Positions 32,325-42,571 of a stretch of DNA of 64,000 nt are shown one piece after another; position 1 is the stretch's first letter, and each line of letters begins with the position of its first letter. The stretch lies in contig JAFQCK010000073.1 in the NCBI GenBank assembly GCA_017416465.1, positions 38,398-102,397 on the forward strand. Reading direction: 5' to 3'. The stretch comes from Lachnospiraceae bacterium (GTDB lineage: Bacteria; Bacillota; Clostridia; Lachnospirales; Lachnospiraceae). The notes under the pieces are model-generated. The model searched no databases. It was not told where the DNA came from and was given only the letters and a program-made list of their open reading frames with translations. The position numbers and the translations under genes were made by a program.

Positions 32325-32438
32325 TGTGGATAAAGTGGATAAATCGGTGTATAAGTTGAATTATCACACAAAAAATCGTTATTTCAACATTTTTCCACAC
32401 ACAAGTTATCCACACTATCTACATTTAGATGTTGATAA
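32325..32438. promoter_or_regulatory. DnaA-box cluster
   Basis: Perfect TTATCCACA boxes at 32325-32333 (minus) and 32406-32414 (plus); near-matches at 32334, 32346, 32391, 32415 and 32430. Confidence 0.7.
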
Positions 32439-32732
32439 CTTATTTTTTATTGTTCTAAAATAAATACATCATTTTAAATCTTTGGTAATTTTGCACAAAA
32501 ATGTTTTTTTCTTACATTTTATACTTATTTTTTTATTTTATTATCATATATCATAAACTAACAATTATCTTGATATTTTTATTGAACAAGTCAGACAAGT
32601 ATACATCATCTTCCTAAACCACTCTTTGCAGAAGGGCTTGCTTCCCTTTAGCTCGCAAACAAATAGGTTGTCAAAAGACTCTCGCCTCTGACAACCCAAA
32701 TAATACTATGTCTCTATAAAATATTGTTCAAC

Positions 32733-34115
32733 TTACTGAATAAGTCTTCTAGCACATATTGGAGTTCTATAAAATGCACTTGATATCTTGATACCTGTGG
32801 CCGGTGTACTTGCATGCACAACCTGTCCATTTCCAATATAGAGTGCCACATGTCCAATTCCTCTTCCGCCTGATGAATAGAATAATAAATCTCCAGGTAA
32901 AAGTGAATCTGTAGATACAGGTGTTCCATATCCTGACTGCATACCAGACTGATGTGGAAGACTATATCCAAAATACGAATACACTGACATTGTAAATCCA
33001 GAGCAATCTGTTCCGTTAGTAAGGCTTGTACCACCATATACATAAGGATTACCTACAAACTGTAGTGCATATGCCACAACAGCATTTCTAACTGCTGCTG
33101 AAGAAGAATTATCTGTTGTCTGTTGTAATGCATTCTGTGCTGCCTGCTGAGCCTGTTGCTGTTTAATTGCTTCCTGTTCTCTTCTCTTTGCTTCTTCTGC
33201 TGCTCTAGCCTCTCTAGCTATCCTTTCAGCTTCTGCTGCCTCTTCTGCACGTCTTCTTTCTTCTTCTATCTTAGCTTGTTCTTCCTCAAGTGTCATAGCT
33301 GTATCAAATGCTACATCTATCTCAACGTAATCCATTGATACCCAACCTTTTACATCTCCATCAACATTAAGATATACCCATCCATCACCATATTCAATAA
33401 CATCAAATACACCACCCTGCGGAAGTTGTGTAAGCAATGTACAATCAGTCCCCTGACCATCTCTTACATTAAGTGTATCTGCTGTAACAGTAGCATTAAC
33501 ATATCCGCAACGAATAGCTGCTGCCTCTGCTTCATCTCCTGTTATAAAATATTCCGACTTAATATATCCTTCAACATTTCCTGACTCAATCTTATACCAA
33601 TCACCTTCTACCGCTAAGATAGTAGCCGCGCAATCATTATAAATCTTACCAACTATATCTCCATCAGTACTTGGTAACGAACGAACATTAACATAATTCG
33701 AAACTTGCGAAATAGCTATAGAATCATATAAAGACGGTTCCTCTTCAGGCACTGTAGTCTCTTCCTCTGTAGTTTCTTCCTCTGTAGTTTCTTCTGTAGT
33801 TTCTTCTACAGTTGATTCCTCTTCTACCTTTTCTGTAGTTTCTTCCTCTACTTTTCCTATTAAATCTGATTTATCATTATTCAAAAAAATATTTTCATCA
33901 TTCTCTACAGCCAAAACTGTATTCTTTACTAACGCAGATAACTCCGCTTTATCGGTCTTATCAAAACTATAATTATCTAATGCCAATGCTATACCTGCAT
34001 TAGGAATATTAACTGAAATTTTCTCTTTTTTTGCTGAACCAAAAACAGTACCTGCTCCTGCAAGAACCGTAATAGCTAAACATCCGGTTACCACCAATAC
34101 ATTCTTCTTATTCAC
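32733..34115 (-). CDS. SH3b + NlpC/P60 peptidoglycan endopeptidase
   Basis: Signal peptide, two SH3b repeats (VNVRS, LNVRD), coiled coil, GNPYVYGG-DCSGF-GHVALY. Confidence 0.93.
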   Translation of the reverse strand: MNKKNVLVVTGCLAITVLAGAGTVFGSAKKEKISVNIPNAGIALALDNYSFDKTDKAELSALVKNTVLAVENDENIFLNNDKSDLIGKVEEETTEKVEEESTVEETTEETTEEETTEEETTVPEEEPSLYDSIAISQVSNYVNVRSLPSTDGDIVGKIYNDCAATILAVEGDWYKIESGNVEGYIKSEYFITGDEAEAAAIRCGYVNATVTADTLNVRDGQGTDCTLLTQLPQGGVFDVIEYGDGWVYLNVDGDVKGWVSMDYVEIDVAFDTAMTLEEEQAKIEEERRRAEEAAEAERIAREARAAEEAKRREQEAIKQQQAQQAAQNALQQTTDNSSSAAVRNAVVAYALQFVGNPYVYGGTSLTNGTDCSGFTMSVYSYFGYSLPHQSGMQSGYGTPVSTDSLLPGDLLFYSSGGRGIGHVALYIGNGQVVHASTPATGIKISSAFYRTPICARRLIQ

Positions 34116-34196
34116 GAAACGCCTATCCTTTCCAAATTCGCCCGAAATTCTTACCTTTCAATTACAATTGTTACAAAATTATTAAAATCTTTTTAC

Positions 34197-34225
34197 ATTT
34201 TATCAAATCAAGCATACACTGTCAA
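34197..34225 (-). promoter_or_regulatory. Promoter of the NlpC/P60 gene
   Basis: TTGACA, 17 bp, TGn-TAAAAT. Confidence 0.65.
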
Positions 34226-34466
34226 GAAATTAATATATTAAATTAAAGCGAATTTTAATTCTTTCTTTATCAGTATTATAAATAGCATTATAAAATATTT
34301 TTATATGCATCTTAAATATATATGTTAATACTCATATTATTTGTCCTGTAAGAATACCTGTACATCTACTACATACCGAAAATTGCCATTCATTTATCTT
34401 AAATCCTCTCTTTGATGACAACCACATCTATGACCAAGTCGCAAAAAAACAATAACGCTTCATGAA

Positions 34467-34763
34467 TTATGCCGTATGAACTGTTCTATCTTCTTTATGT
34501 TTATTTAAAAGTTCATGCACTCTTTCTACTTCATCAAGGATTAAAAAATCCATTCTTTTCAATTCAATTATTTGACCTTTAATCTCTTTTGTTTCACACT
34601 TCAATCCGTTTATTTCGTCTTTCATTTCCTTTGTTTCACACTTCAATTCGTTTATTTCGTCTTTCATTTCACCAACTTGACATTTTAACCCCGTGACATC
34701 ATCTTCAATTGTTGTTGTTTTTTTTAGTAACAATTCCAAAATTTCTCTATCTGTCATAAACAC
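34467..34763 (-). CDS. Heptad-repeat coiled-coil protein, paralog of 7479-7874
   Basis: EMKDEINELKCETK repeats; C-terminus MDFLILDEVERVHE; AGGAGG RBS. Confidence 0.8.
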   Translation of the reverse strand: MFMTDREILELLLKKTTTIEDDVTGLKCQVGEMKDEINELKCETKEMKDEINGLKCETKEIKGQIIELKRMDFLILDEVERVHELLNKHKEDRTVHTA

Positions 34764-34799
34764 CAGCCTCCTTCTGCACCTATTACTTATTTAAATCAC

Positions 34800-34828
34800 A
34801 TTTTAACATTAAGCGACATTTCTGTCAA
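34800..34828 (-). promoter_or_regulatory. Sigma-70 promoter of coiled-coil gene 2
   Basis: TTGACA, 17 bp, TAAAAT; shares aatgtTAAAATgtga with the promoter at 7908. Confidence 0.75.
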
Positions 34829-34932
34829 TTCAAATTTTGCTCTATTTATATAAAAAAATATTGTTATATGATATACTTTTGATATATATTTTAAACATTT
34901 AAAACTCATTTACAGAAAGGACTTAAACATTT

Positions 34933-35661
34933 ATGGATAAATATATTTTTATAAGCGGTGCTTCAAGAGGCATCGGACGTGCCATAGCACTTAAATTTGC
35001 GAGTTTCGGACATAACTTAATAATTGTTTCATCAAATAGTGAAAAAGATTTAACTGACACAATGGAAGAAATAAAAAAATTCAACGTAAAATGCAGAGCT
35101 TTCACTCTTTCAGTAGCAGATTTTAACTCTCTTGAAAGTATGAAAGAAACACTTCATAATGAAGATATTTTTGTAGAATGTGTAATTAATAATGCAGGCA
35201 TCAGTTATTTCGGACTTTTACAGGATATGTCAGTTGAAGATTGGAATAATATAATTAACATAAATCTTTCTTCTATATTCAATACATCAAAGTTATTTAT
35301 TAATGATATGATAAAACAAAAATGTGGCTCAATAATTAATATTTCTTCTGTATGGGGTAATATTGGAGCTTCCTGTGAAGTTGCTTACTCAGCATCTAAA
35401 GGTGGGATGAACTCATTCACTAAAGCACTCGCAAAAGAACTTGCACCATGCGGTATAAATGTAAATGCAATAGCTTGTGGTGCAATTGATACATCAATGA
35501 ATTCAAGATTAGACGAAGATGAAAAGCAGGCACTCTGTGATGAGATACCTGCCGGAAGAATGGGTACTTCAGCTGAAGTTGCCGAACTTGTTTATTCTGT
35601 TTTTAAATCTGATAAATATTTAACCGGACAAATAATTACAATGGACGGTGGTTGGACTTAG
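34933..35661 (+). CDS. SDR oxidoreductase, FabG/YmfI-like
   Basis: GASRGIG, NNAG and SSVWG...EVAYSASKGG motifs. Confidence 0.85.
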   Translation: MDKYIFISGASRGIGRAIALKFASFGHNLIIVSSNSEKDLTDTMEEIKKFNVKCRAFTLSVADFNSLESMKETLHNEDIFVECVINNAGISYFGLLQDMSVEDWNNIININLSSIFNTSKLFINDMIKQKCGSIINISSVWGNIGASCEVAYSASKGGMNSFTKALAKELAPCGINVNAIACGAIDTSMNSRLDEDEKQALCDEIPAGRMGTSAEVAELVYSVFKSDKYLTGQIITMDGGWT

Positions 35662-35717
35662 TAAAATTTAATCTCTCTGCGACGAGTAACTTTTTCGATA
35701 TTGCGCTATGAGATTTT

Positions 35718-36242
35718 TTATAATACTTTCTCATAACAATACCAGTTATGCTCAAACAAATCACTTTCTCCAACTAATATAAATTCAAGTTTTTCGTATG
35801 CCTTCAACGCTTTCTTATGATATTTACTTACAAGATAATGTACCGATTTATAGCCTCTGCTTTTCATAATTTCCATAACAAATTTTATGAATTCAGGGGC
35901 TATTCCTTTATTTTGATAATCTTCTCGTATAACCATTCTTGACAGTTCACCCATTTTTCCAAGTGATTTATTCCAGCAATCTAATCCATCAGTATTGTCA
36001 TCTTTGTCTATTGAAACAGCACCAATTATTTCTCCCTCTTCATTACATATGCAAAATAGATTATTGTCTTTAACATCCATATAAAATGTATCAATATTAG
36101 GATAATCCAAAGACCATGTACAAAATTCTGTCCCTATAGCACTACGATAAAGAGCTATAATTATTTTTTCATCCTGCGCTATGGCCTCTCTTATCAAATA
36201 TTTATTATCATTTATCTGTAGTATCTTAATATCTGTTTTCAT
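35718..36242 (-). CDS. GNAT acetyltransferase
   Basis: LSRMVIREDYQNKGIA and ALKAYEKLEF motifs. Confidence 0.85.
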   Translation of the reverse strand: MKTDIKILQINDNKYLIREAIAQDEKIIIALYRSAIGTEFCTWSLDYPNIDTFYMDVKDNNLFCICNEEGEIIGAVSIDKDDNTDGLDCWNKSLGKMGELSRMVIREDYQNKGIAPEFIKFVMEIMKSRGYKSVHYLVSKYHKKALKAYEKLEFILVGESDLFEHNWYCYEKVL

Positions 36243-38853
36243 CTAACATTTCACCTATTCTTTTTTCTACATTTTCTACTTCTAATTTAAATTCTCTCGC
36301 CGACATAAGCATGCAACCCTGACCTAATATTATAATTTGCTCTAATCCATCAGAAGTTGCAACTGTTATATCATATTTTTTTCCATTATCGTGAGCAAAT
36401 CTTTCTATATAAGCATCTGCAGTCTGTGCTTCTTTAGTAAATACAACTGAAATATTGTTATATTCCTTCTGCTCACCTTTAAATCCTTTTACCTTATAAG
36501 CATCAAATACTACCATTAATTTAATCCCTACAAATCCCTGATAATTCGATAATATATCAAGTAATTTATCTCTTGCAGAATCCAAATTAACCATAGCCAA
36601 TTCTTTTAATTCATCCCATGCAAATATGATATTATATCCATCTACTAACAGATATTTTTCCTGTTTTTTCTTTCCTGAACTCCCCTTATATATAACCTCT
36701 TTAGGCTTATAAATAATTTTTTTAGCATTATTATTTACATTCTTTTTTATCGGTCCATAAGTCCTCTCAAAAATAGCATCAAGTTCATCATCCGGATAAA
36801 CACTTTTATTGTCCTTATTTGAATTTTTCTTAGATTTATTAACTTCAGAAATATTTATTCCCATACCACTATTCAATTCTTCACTACAATTTTTCGCTTT
36901 TATAGATTTTTCGAGAACACTTTCAAGGTGCATATTCGACTTAACCTCATCCCATGGAACAACATATCCCGCGCCATGTGCACAAAATACTGAACCCGAA
37001 GGATTTTCAATATCTCCTAGGGCATCATAACCAATATTTTCAATCACTTCTTCTGTATTATGACAAGGATAGTACCCCTTTAATACATTAAAAATTCTTC
37101 CCCTGCCTTTTGTATATGAAGTAATTTCAGTCTGATATCCATTTAATGTCGAAACCGGTGCAATTCCTGTAATAACAGCCACTTCTCCTTCTATTTCTGG
37201 TGGATTACATTTTCCAAACATTTTTTCAATATCTGTCATTGCACGACCAATGTTTTCAGAAGGAATCTCAAGTCTGAACTCATAAAAAGGCTCCAACAAA
37301 ATATTTTCTGCTTCCATTAATCCCTGACGTACTCCTCTATACGTTGCCTGTCTGAAATCTCCACCTTCGGTATGTTTTAAATGTGCCTTACCTGCAACAA
37401 GAGTAATCTTCATATCTGTTATATCCGAACCTGTAAGTACACCTTTATGTTGCTTCTCTTCTAAATGTGTAAGTATCAGTCTCTGCCAGTTTCTATCAAG
37501 GATATCTTCACTTACATTTGCATCAAACTGCAATCCGCTTCCTGTTTCCAAAGGCTCCAATATAAAATGTGCTTCCGCATAATGTCTTAATGGTTCAAAA
37601 TGACCCACACCTTCAACTATGTTTGAAATTGTTTCTTTATACACTATATTTCCTGCACCGAATGAAACCTCTATTCCAAATCTCTCATTAATCATATGTT
37701 TAAGAACATCAATCTGAACTTCCCCCATTATTTGAACCTGAATCTCTTTTGTTATCTCATTCCACACAACATTTAACTTTGGTTCTTCCTCTTCTAATTC
37801 CTTCATTTTTTTTAGCATCCCATTTTTATTACAGTCCTCAGGCAAAATGAGTTTATAAGATAAAATCGGTTCTAAAACAGGTATATCAGAATCAATTTCT
37901 ATTCCCAGACCCTGTCCGGGTTTTGTGTGTTCAAGTCCCAATACTGCACATACTTCCCCACTATGAACTTCACTTACCACCTCATATTTTTTACCACTAT
38001 ATAAACGAATCTGATTTATTTTTTCATCTTTTATAACTTCTTTTACTTTCAGACTTCCTCCTGTTATTTTCATATATGTAAGCCTGTTACCCTGTTCATC
38101 TCTTGCAATTTTATAGACCTTTGCTCCAAATTCATTAGAATATTTTTTCTTATTTACATATAATTTAAAACCGTTAATGAAATCTTCAATTCCTTCCATT
38201 TTTAACGCCGAACCAAAATAACATGGAAAAATTTTTCGTTCACCTATCATTCTCCTTATATCTTCTAAGTCAACCTTTCCGGTTTCAAGATATTTTTCTA
38301 TTACATCTTCATCATAAAGTGATATATTCTCTTTCTTTTCATCTGACCAAGCGTCTGAATTTTCCGAATCAAATTCTATACATTTATCACTAAGTTTTTC
38401 TTTTAACTGTTTTATAATCAATGTTTTATCTACATCAGGTCTGTCCATTTTATTTACAAAAATAAAGGTCGGAATCTGATATCTGTTAAGTAATTTCCAT
38501 AATGTTTTCGTATGTCCCTGAACCCCATCCGTTCCACTGATAACCAAAATCGCATAATCTAAAACCTGTAAGGTTCTTTCCATTTCTGCTGAAAAATCCA
38601 CATGTCCCGGAGTATCTAAAAGTGTTACATTTATTTCATCTAAATTTAGTTTTGCCTGCTTTGAGAAAATTGTTATTCCTCTTTCTCTCTCAAGGGCGTA
38701 ATTATCTAAGAAAGCGTCACCATTATCAACCCTTCCAAAAGTTCTTATATTTCCGCTAATATAAAGCATAGCTTCTGATAAAGTGGTCTTCCCTGCATCT
38801 ACATGTGCTAAAAGACCTATGCATAAATGCTTACTTTTTTCTAAATCTTTCAT
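36226..38853 (-). CDS. EF-G/TetM-like translational GTPase fused to a C-terminal NYN (YacP/Rae1-like) nuclease domain
   Basis: AHVDAGKTT, ERERGITI, DTPGH and NKMD GTPase motifs; C-terminal LLVDGYNII, VVFDAY, TADAYIE and VATSDG motifs. Confidence 0.9.
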   Translation of the reverse strand: MKDLEKSKHLCIGLLAHVDAGKTTLSEAMLYISGNIRTFGRVDNGDAFLDNYALERERGITIFSKQAKLNLDEINVTLLDTPGHVDFSAEMERTLQVLDYAILVISGTDGVQGHTKTLWKLLNRYQIPTFIFVNKMDRPDVDKTLIIKQLKEKLSDKCIEFDSENSDAWSDEKKENISLYDEDVIEKYLETGKVDLEDIRRMIGERKIFPCYFGSALKMEGIEDFINGFKLYVNKKKYSNEFGAKVYKIARDEQGNRLTYMKITGGSLKVKEVIKDEKINQIRLYSGKKYEVVSEVHSGEVCAVLGLEHTKPGQGLGIEIDSDIPVLEPILSYKLILPEDCNKNGMLKKMKELEEEEPKLNVVWNEITKEIQVQIMGEVQIDVLKHMINERFGIEVSFGAGNIVYKETISNIVEGVGHFEPLRHYAEAHFILEPLETGSGLQFDANVSEDILDRNWQRLILTHLEEKQHKGVLTGSDITDMKITLVAGKAHLKHTEGGDFRQATYRGVRQGLMEAENILLEPFYEFRLEIPSENIGRAMTDIEKMFGKCNPPEIEGEVAVITGIAPVSTLNGYQTEITSYTKGRGRIFNVLKGYYPCHNTEEVIENIGYDALGDIENPSGSVFCAHGAGYVVPWDEVKSNMHLESVLEKSIKAKNCSEELNSGMGINISEVNKSKKNSNKDNKSVYPDDELDAIFERTYGPIKKNVNNNAKKIIYKPKEVIYKGSSGKKKQEKYLLVDGYNIIFAWDELKELAMVNLDSARDKLLDILSNYQGFVGIKLMVVFDAYKVKGFKGEQKEYNNISVVFTKEAQTADAYIERFAHDNGKKYDITVATSDGLEQIIILGQGCMLMSAREFKLEVENVEKRIGEMLDENRY

Positions 38854-38909
38854 ATTTTCCTCGCATAACCGGATTGTTTTAGATATAAATATTATAGATA
38901 TATATTATA

Positions 38910-39047
38910 TAATTAATAACACCTTATGCATACTTTCACTCCGTTGTTCGTACAATTTCGACATATTTGTTCGTCTTTGACGTACAAATTACATCGAAAT
39001 TGTTCGCCCAAAGTCGCAATTCGTTATGCACAAGGTGTTATTAATTA
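38910..39047. repeat. Palindromic element, family B
   Basis: 16-bp perfect inverted repeat taattaataacacctt / aaggtgttattaatta; core shared with 17886-17906. Confidence 0.65.
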
Positions 39048-39156
39048 TTTTCACAATTATCTACTAAACTACTACATATTCATTATAACATTTAAAATCT
39101 GTTTAGTCGATACACTTGCTAATTACATTCCAAGAATCAGTAACTTTTCAGTTACA

Positions 39157-39196
39157 AAGAGAGCATATCCTGTGCTTAATTAGGATATGCTCTCTT
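39157..39196 (-). terminator. Terminator downstream of tyrS
   Basis: 15-bp inverted repeat aagagagcatatcct / aggatatgctctctt. Confidence 0.65.
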
Positions 39197-39245
39197 ATAA
39201 TAATTAAGGTGTAAAAATACCTTTTTTTATTATTGTACTATCAAT

Positions 39246-40469
39246 TTATTTGCTGATAGCTTTATGGAATGTTTTCTTTCCTTTTCTAATCTTTGTTCCT
39301 TCGTTTAACATTTCAGTTGTCACTTTGTAATCAATCGCTTCAACCTTTGCATCATTTACAAAAACTCCACCCTGAGTAACGAGTCTTCTTGCTTCACTCT
39401 TTGATGCTGCTAATTTACAAAGCACCATTAAATCCATAATCCCAATTTCACCATTTTCTAATGTTGTAATATCAATTTCAGTTGTTGGCATATTAGAATC
39501 ATCTCCACCACCTGCAAATAATGCGTGAGATGCTGTCTTTGCTTTCTCAGCTTCTTCTTCACCATGAACCATCTTTGTAAGTTCATATGCAAGAATTTCT
39601 TTTGCTTCGTTAAGCTTCGCTCCTTCCCAAGCATCCATTTCATCAATTTGTTCAAGTGGAAGGAATGTAAGCATTCTGATACATTTTAATACATCCTGGT
39701 CTCCTACATTTCTCCAGTACTGGAAGAATTCAAATGGAGATGTTTTATTAGGGTCAAGCCAAACTGCACCATTTGCAGTTTTACCCATCTTTTTACCTTC
39801 TGAGTTAAGAAGTAATGTAATTGTCATTGCATATGCATCTTTACCAAGTTTCTTTCTGATAAGTTCAGTTCCACCAAGCATGTTTGACCACTGGTCATCT
39901 CCACCAAACTGCATATTACATCCGTACTCTTTGTATAAATGATAGAAGTCATATGACTGCATAATCATGTAGTTAAATTCAAGGAATGACAAACCTTTTT
40001 CCATTCTCTGTTTGTAGCACTCTGCTCTTAACATATTATTAACCGAGAAACAGTGTCCAACCTCACGAAGTACATCAATGTAATTAAGTTTTAATAACCA
40101 GTCTGCATTATTAACTGCAATTGCACCATTTTCACCAAAATCAATGAATTTTTCCATCTGCTTTTTGAAACATTCACAGTTATGCTCAATTGTTTCAGGT
40201 GTAAGCATCTGTCTTAAATCAGTTCTTCCTGAAGGATCACCAATGTAACCTGTTCCTCCACCAAGTAATACTACCGGTTTATTTCCTGCCATCTGTAAAC
40301 GTTTCATAAGACATAATGCCATAAAATGTCCTACATGAAGTGAATCTGCTGTTGGGTCAAAACCAATATAGAATGTTGCTTTTCCTTCATTAATTAACTC
40401 TTTGATTTCTTTTTCATCTGTAACCTGTGCGATAAGTCCACGAGCTACAAGTTCATCATAAATTTTCAT
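39246..40469 (-). CDS. tyrS: Tyrosyl-tRNA synthetase
   Basis: [23 protein letters not shown] and KMGKT motifs; C-terminal S4 domain. Start moved to ATG 40469. Confidence 0.96.
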   Translation of the reverse strand: MKIYDELVARGLIAQVTDEKEIKELINEGKATFYIGFDPTADSLHVGHFMALCLMKRLQMAGNKPVVLLGGGTGYIGDPSGRTDLRQMLTPETIEHNCECFKKQMEKFIDFGENGAIAVNNADWLLKLNYIDVLREVGHCFSVNNMLRAECYKQRMEKGLSFLEFNYMIMQSYDFYHLYKEYGCNMQFGGDDQWSNMLGGTELIRKKLGKDAYAMTITLLLNSEGKKMGKTANGAVWLDPNKTSPFEFFQYWRNVGDQDVLKCIRMLTFLPLEQIDEMDAWEGAKLNEAKEILAYELTKMVHGEEEAEKAKTASHALFAGGGDDSNMPTTEIDITTLENGEIGIMDLMVLCKLAASKSEARRLVTQGGVFVNDAKVEAIDYKVTTEMLNEGTKIRKGKKTFHKAISK

Positions 40470-40589
40470 GATTCTTTCTTCCTCTCTTTTTAATTTTCTA
40501 CCAAGGCTTATGCAAAACAAATCGAATAAATCCGCGATATAATTAAACTTTTTCACTATACAGTTAATCCGGAAAACTTTTCCAGATTA

Positions 40590-40895
40590 ACCAAAAAGCC
40601 CCCTGCTTCGAACTACTTCGACGCAGAGGGCATTAATATGCGGTACCACCTCTAATTTAAAAATCTCTCACAAGATTTTCCTCACCAAGTGCAATCACAC
40701 TCATTCGCTATATCGGGCGACCCGTCTAACCCTAATTATCATATACCCATATATAAAAATCCAATATATTAATATATAATGTTCAGGCAGCAGCTCCGGG
40801 AGGTATTCATATCAGTACGCTTATATCCTTTCACCAACCGGATACTCTCTGAAAAACTTATCTGTATTACTATTTCCCATCTTAGCCTTGTTTGT
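40590..40895 (-). ncRNA. T-box riboswitch (Tyr)
   Basis: Minus strand: stem I AGAGA / GGTTGGTGAAA elements, specifier GAA-TAC (UAC = Tyr), T-box AGAGGTGGTACCGC near 40640-40653, then a GC stem and U tract. Promoter TTCACA-17-TATAAT at 40911-40939. Confidence 0.92.
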
Positions 40896-41161
40896 TTTCA
40901 ATTTTAAAGTATTATACTATAAGAATTTTGAAATGTGAAGATGTTTTTTATTATAAATTAATATTCTCCATTTTCAGCATTTATTGTTTTAAATATTAAT
41001 TTTTGTTTTATCTTTTAAATTATATCTCCCCCTTGAAAACATTCCTTATCCTAAGGACTTATCATACTTGTTGACTAATCAACATTCTGCTTATATTATA
41101 ATCATACAAAATATTATTGACTTATTAATACTATCATTTTTATTACTAAGAGGAGGTCTAT

Positions 41162-42547
41162 ATGTCAAATAAATCCGAACAAATCAAAAAAATAGTTGAC
41201 ATCCAAAGAAAATTTTTTCATACAAATACCACTATAAATGTAAAATATAGAATTAATGCTTTAAAAAAATTAAAAACCATTATCCTTAAATATGAAAATG
41301 AAATAAATGAAGCTCTTAAAAAAGATTTAGGCAAAAGTGCTTTTGAAGGATATATGTGTGAAACCGGTATGGTCCTTAGTGAAATCTCATATATGCTTAA
41401 GCACATTAAATCCTATGCTAAAGAAAAAAATGTTCACACTCCTTTAGCACAATTTCATTCAAGAAGCTTCATAAAACCATCTCCATATGGTGTAGTACTT
41501 ATAATGAGTCCATGGAACTACCCTTTCTTACTTACAATGGAGCCTTTGGTTGATGCACTAAGTGCCGGAAATACGGTAATTTTAAAACCAAGTGCTTATT
41601 CACCACATACCAGCAAAATATTATGTAAAATTATTAACGAATGTTTTGAACCTGAATATGTAAATATCGTAACAGGTGGACGAGAAGAAAATACCTGTCT
41701 TCTCAAAGAAAATTTTGACTATATTTTCTTTACAGGTAGTCAGGCTGTTGGAAAAGAAGTTATGCGACATGCTTCCGAAAATCTTACTCCTGTTACTTTG
41801 GAGCTCGGAGGAAAAAGTCCTTGCATCGTAGATAAAACTGCTAATATTAAGTTAGCAGCAAAAAGAATTGTTTTCGGAAAATACTTAAACTGTGGCCAGA
41901 CCTGTGTTGCACCTGATTATATTTATTGTGACAAAGAAATAAAAGATTCTCTTGTAAATGAAATCAAGAAACAGATTGATTTACAATTTACAAAGACTCC
42001 TCTAAATAATACCAACTATGGAAAAATCATTAGTGAAAAACATTTTAATCGTTTACTTGGATTAATAGAACAAGAAAAGATAGTTCATGGTGGAAAATCA
42101 GATTCAGAAACTTTAAAAATTGAGCCAACTGTTATGGATAATATTACATTTGAAGATAAGGTAATGCAGGAAGAAATTTTCGGACCAATTCTTCCTATAA
42201 TCACTTATGATTCAATTAATGATGCCATAACAAAAATAAATAGTTTAGCACATCCTCTCGCTTTATATATTTTCTCAAGTGACAAAAAGATTATTAAAAA
42301 AGTCACTTCAACCTGTAGCTTTGGCGGTGGCTGCATTAACGATACAATCATTCATCTTGCAACAAGTGAAATGGGCTTTGGAGGAGTAGGTAAAAGTGGA
42401 ATGGGAGGATATCACGGAAAAGAGGGTTTTAAAACATTCTCACACTATAAAAGTATTGTAGATAAAAAAATATGGCTTGATTTACCTATGAGATATCAGC
42501 CATATAAAGAATTTAATAATAAATTGGTTCATTTCTTTTTGAAGTAG
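41162..42547 (+). CDS. Aldehyde dehydrogenase (class 3, YwdH-like)
   Basis: SPWNYP, FTGS, LELGGKSP, GQTCVAPDY and EEIFGPILP motifs. Confidence 0.93.
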   Translation: MSNKSEQIKKIVDIQRKFFHTNTTINVKYRINALKKLKTIILKYENEINEALKKDLGKSAFEGYMCETGMVLSEISYMLKHIKSYAKEKNVHTPLAQFHSRSFIKPSPYGVVLIMSPWNYPFLLTMEPLVDALSAGNTVILKPSAYSPHTSKILCKIINECFEPEYVNIVTGGREENTCLLKENFDYIFFTGSQAVGKEVMRHASENLTPVTLELGGKSPCIVDKTANIKLAAKRIVFGKYLNCGQTCVAPDYIYCDKEIKDSLVNEIKKQIDLQFTKTPLNNTNYGKIISEKHFNRLLGLIEQEKIVHGGKSDSETLKIEPTVMDNITFEDKVMQEEIFGPILPIITYDSINDAITKINSLAHPLALYIFSSDKKIIKKVTSTCSFGGGCINDTIIHLATSEMGFGGVGKSGMGGYHGKEGFKTFSHYKSIVDKKIWLDLPMRYQPYKEFNNKLVHFFLK

Positions 42548-42571
42548 ATTTTATATAATAAAATTTTATAA

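Noticed and set aside
32203-32463. 86-aa ORF, and oriC interpretation of the region
   Set aside because: The ORF is low-complexity sequence over DnaA boxes. oriC is not supported: no dnaA/dnaN nearby and no switch in gene orientation.
32565-32612. Tiny minus-strand ORF MMYTCLTCSIKISR
   Set aside because: 14 codons with poor RBS spacing; no supporting evidence.
33750-33855. Short tandem repeats (tctgtagtttct)
   Set aside because: Encode the E/T-rich linker (EETTEE) of the NlpC/P60 protein.
34230-34460. c-di-AMP or other riboswitch upstream of the NlpC/P60 gene
   Set aside because: No recognisable consensus; a promoter lies within about 110 bp of the start codon, leaving little room.
36226-38853. 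Tetracycline resistance gene (tetM/O/W)
   Set aside because: Carries a NYN fusion, sits in a housekeeping context with no mobile element, and is much longer than ribosomal protection proteins.
38926-39183. 85-aa plus-strand ORF
   Set aside because: Overlaps a palindromic repeat and the tyrS terminator; no coding features.
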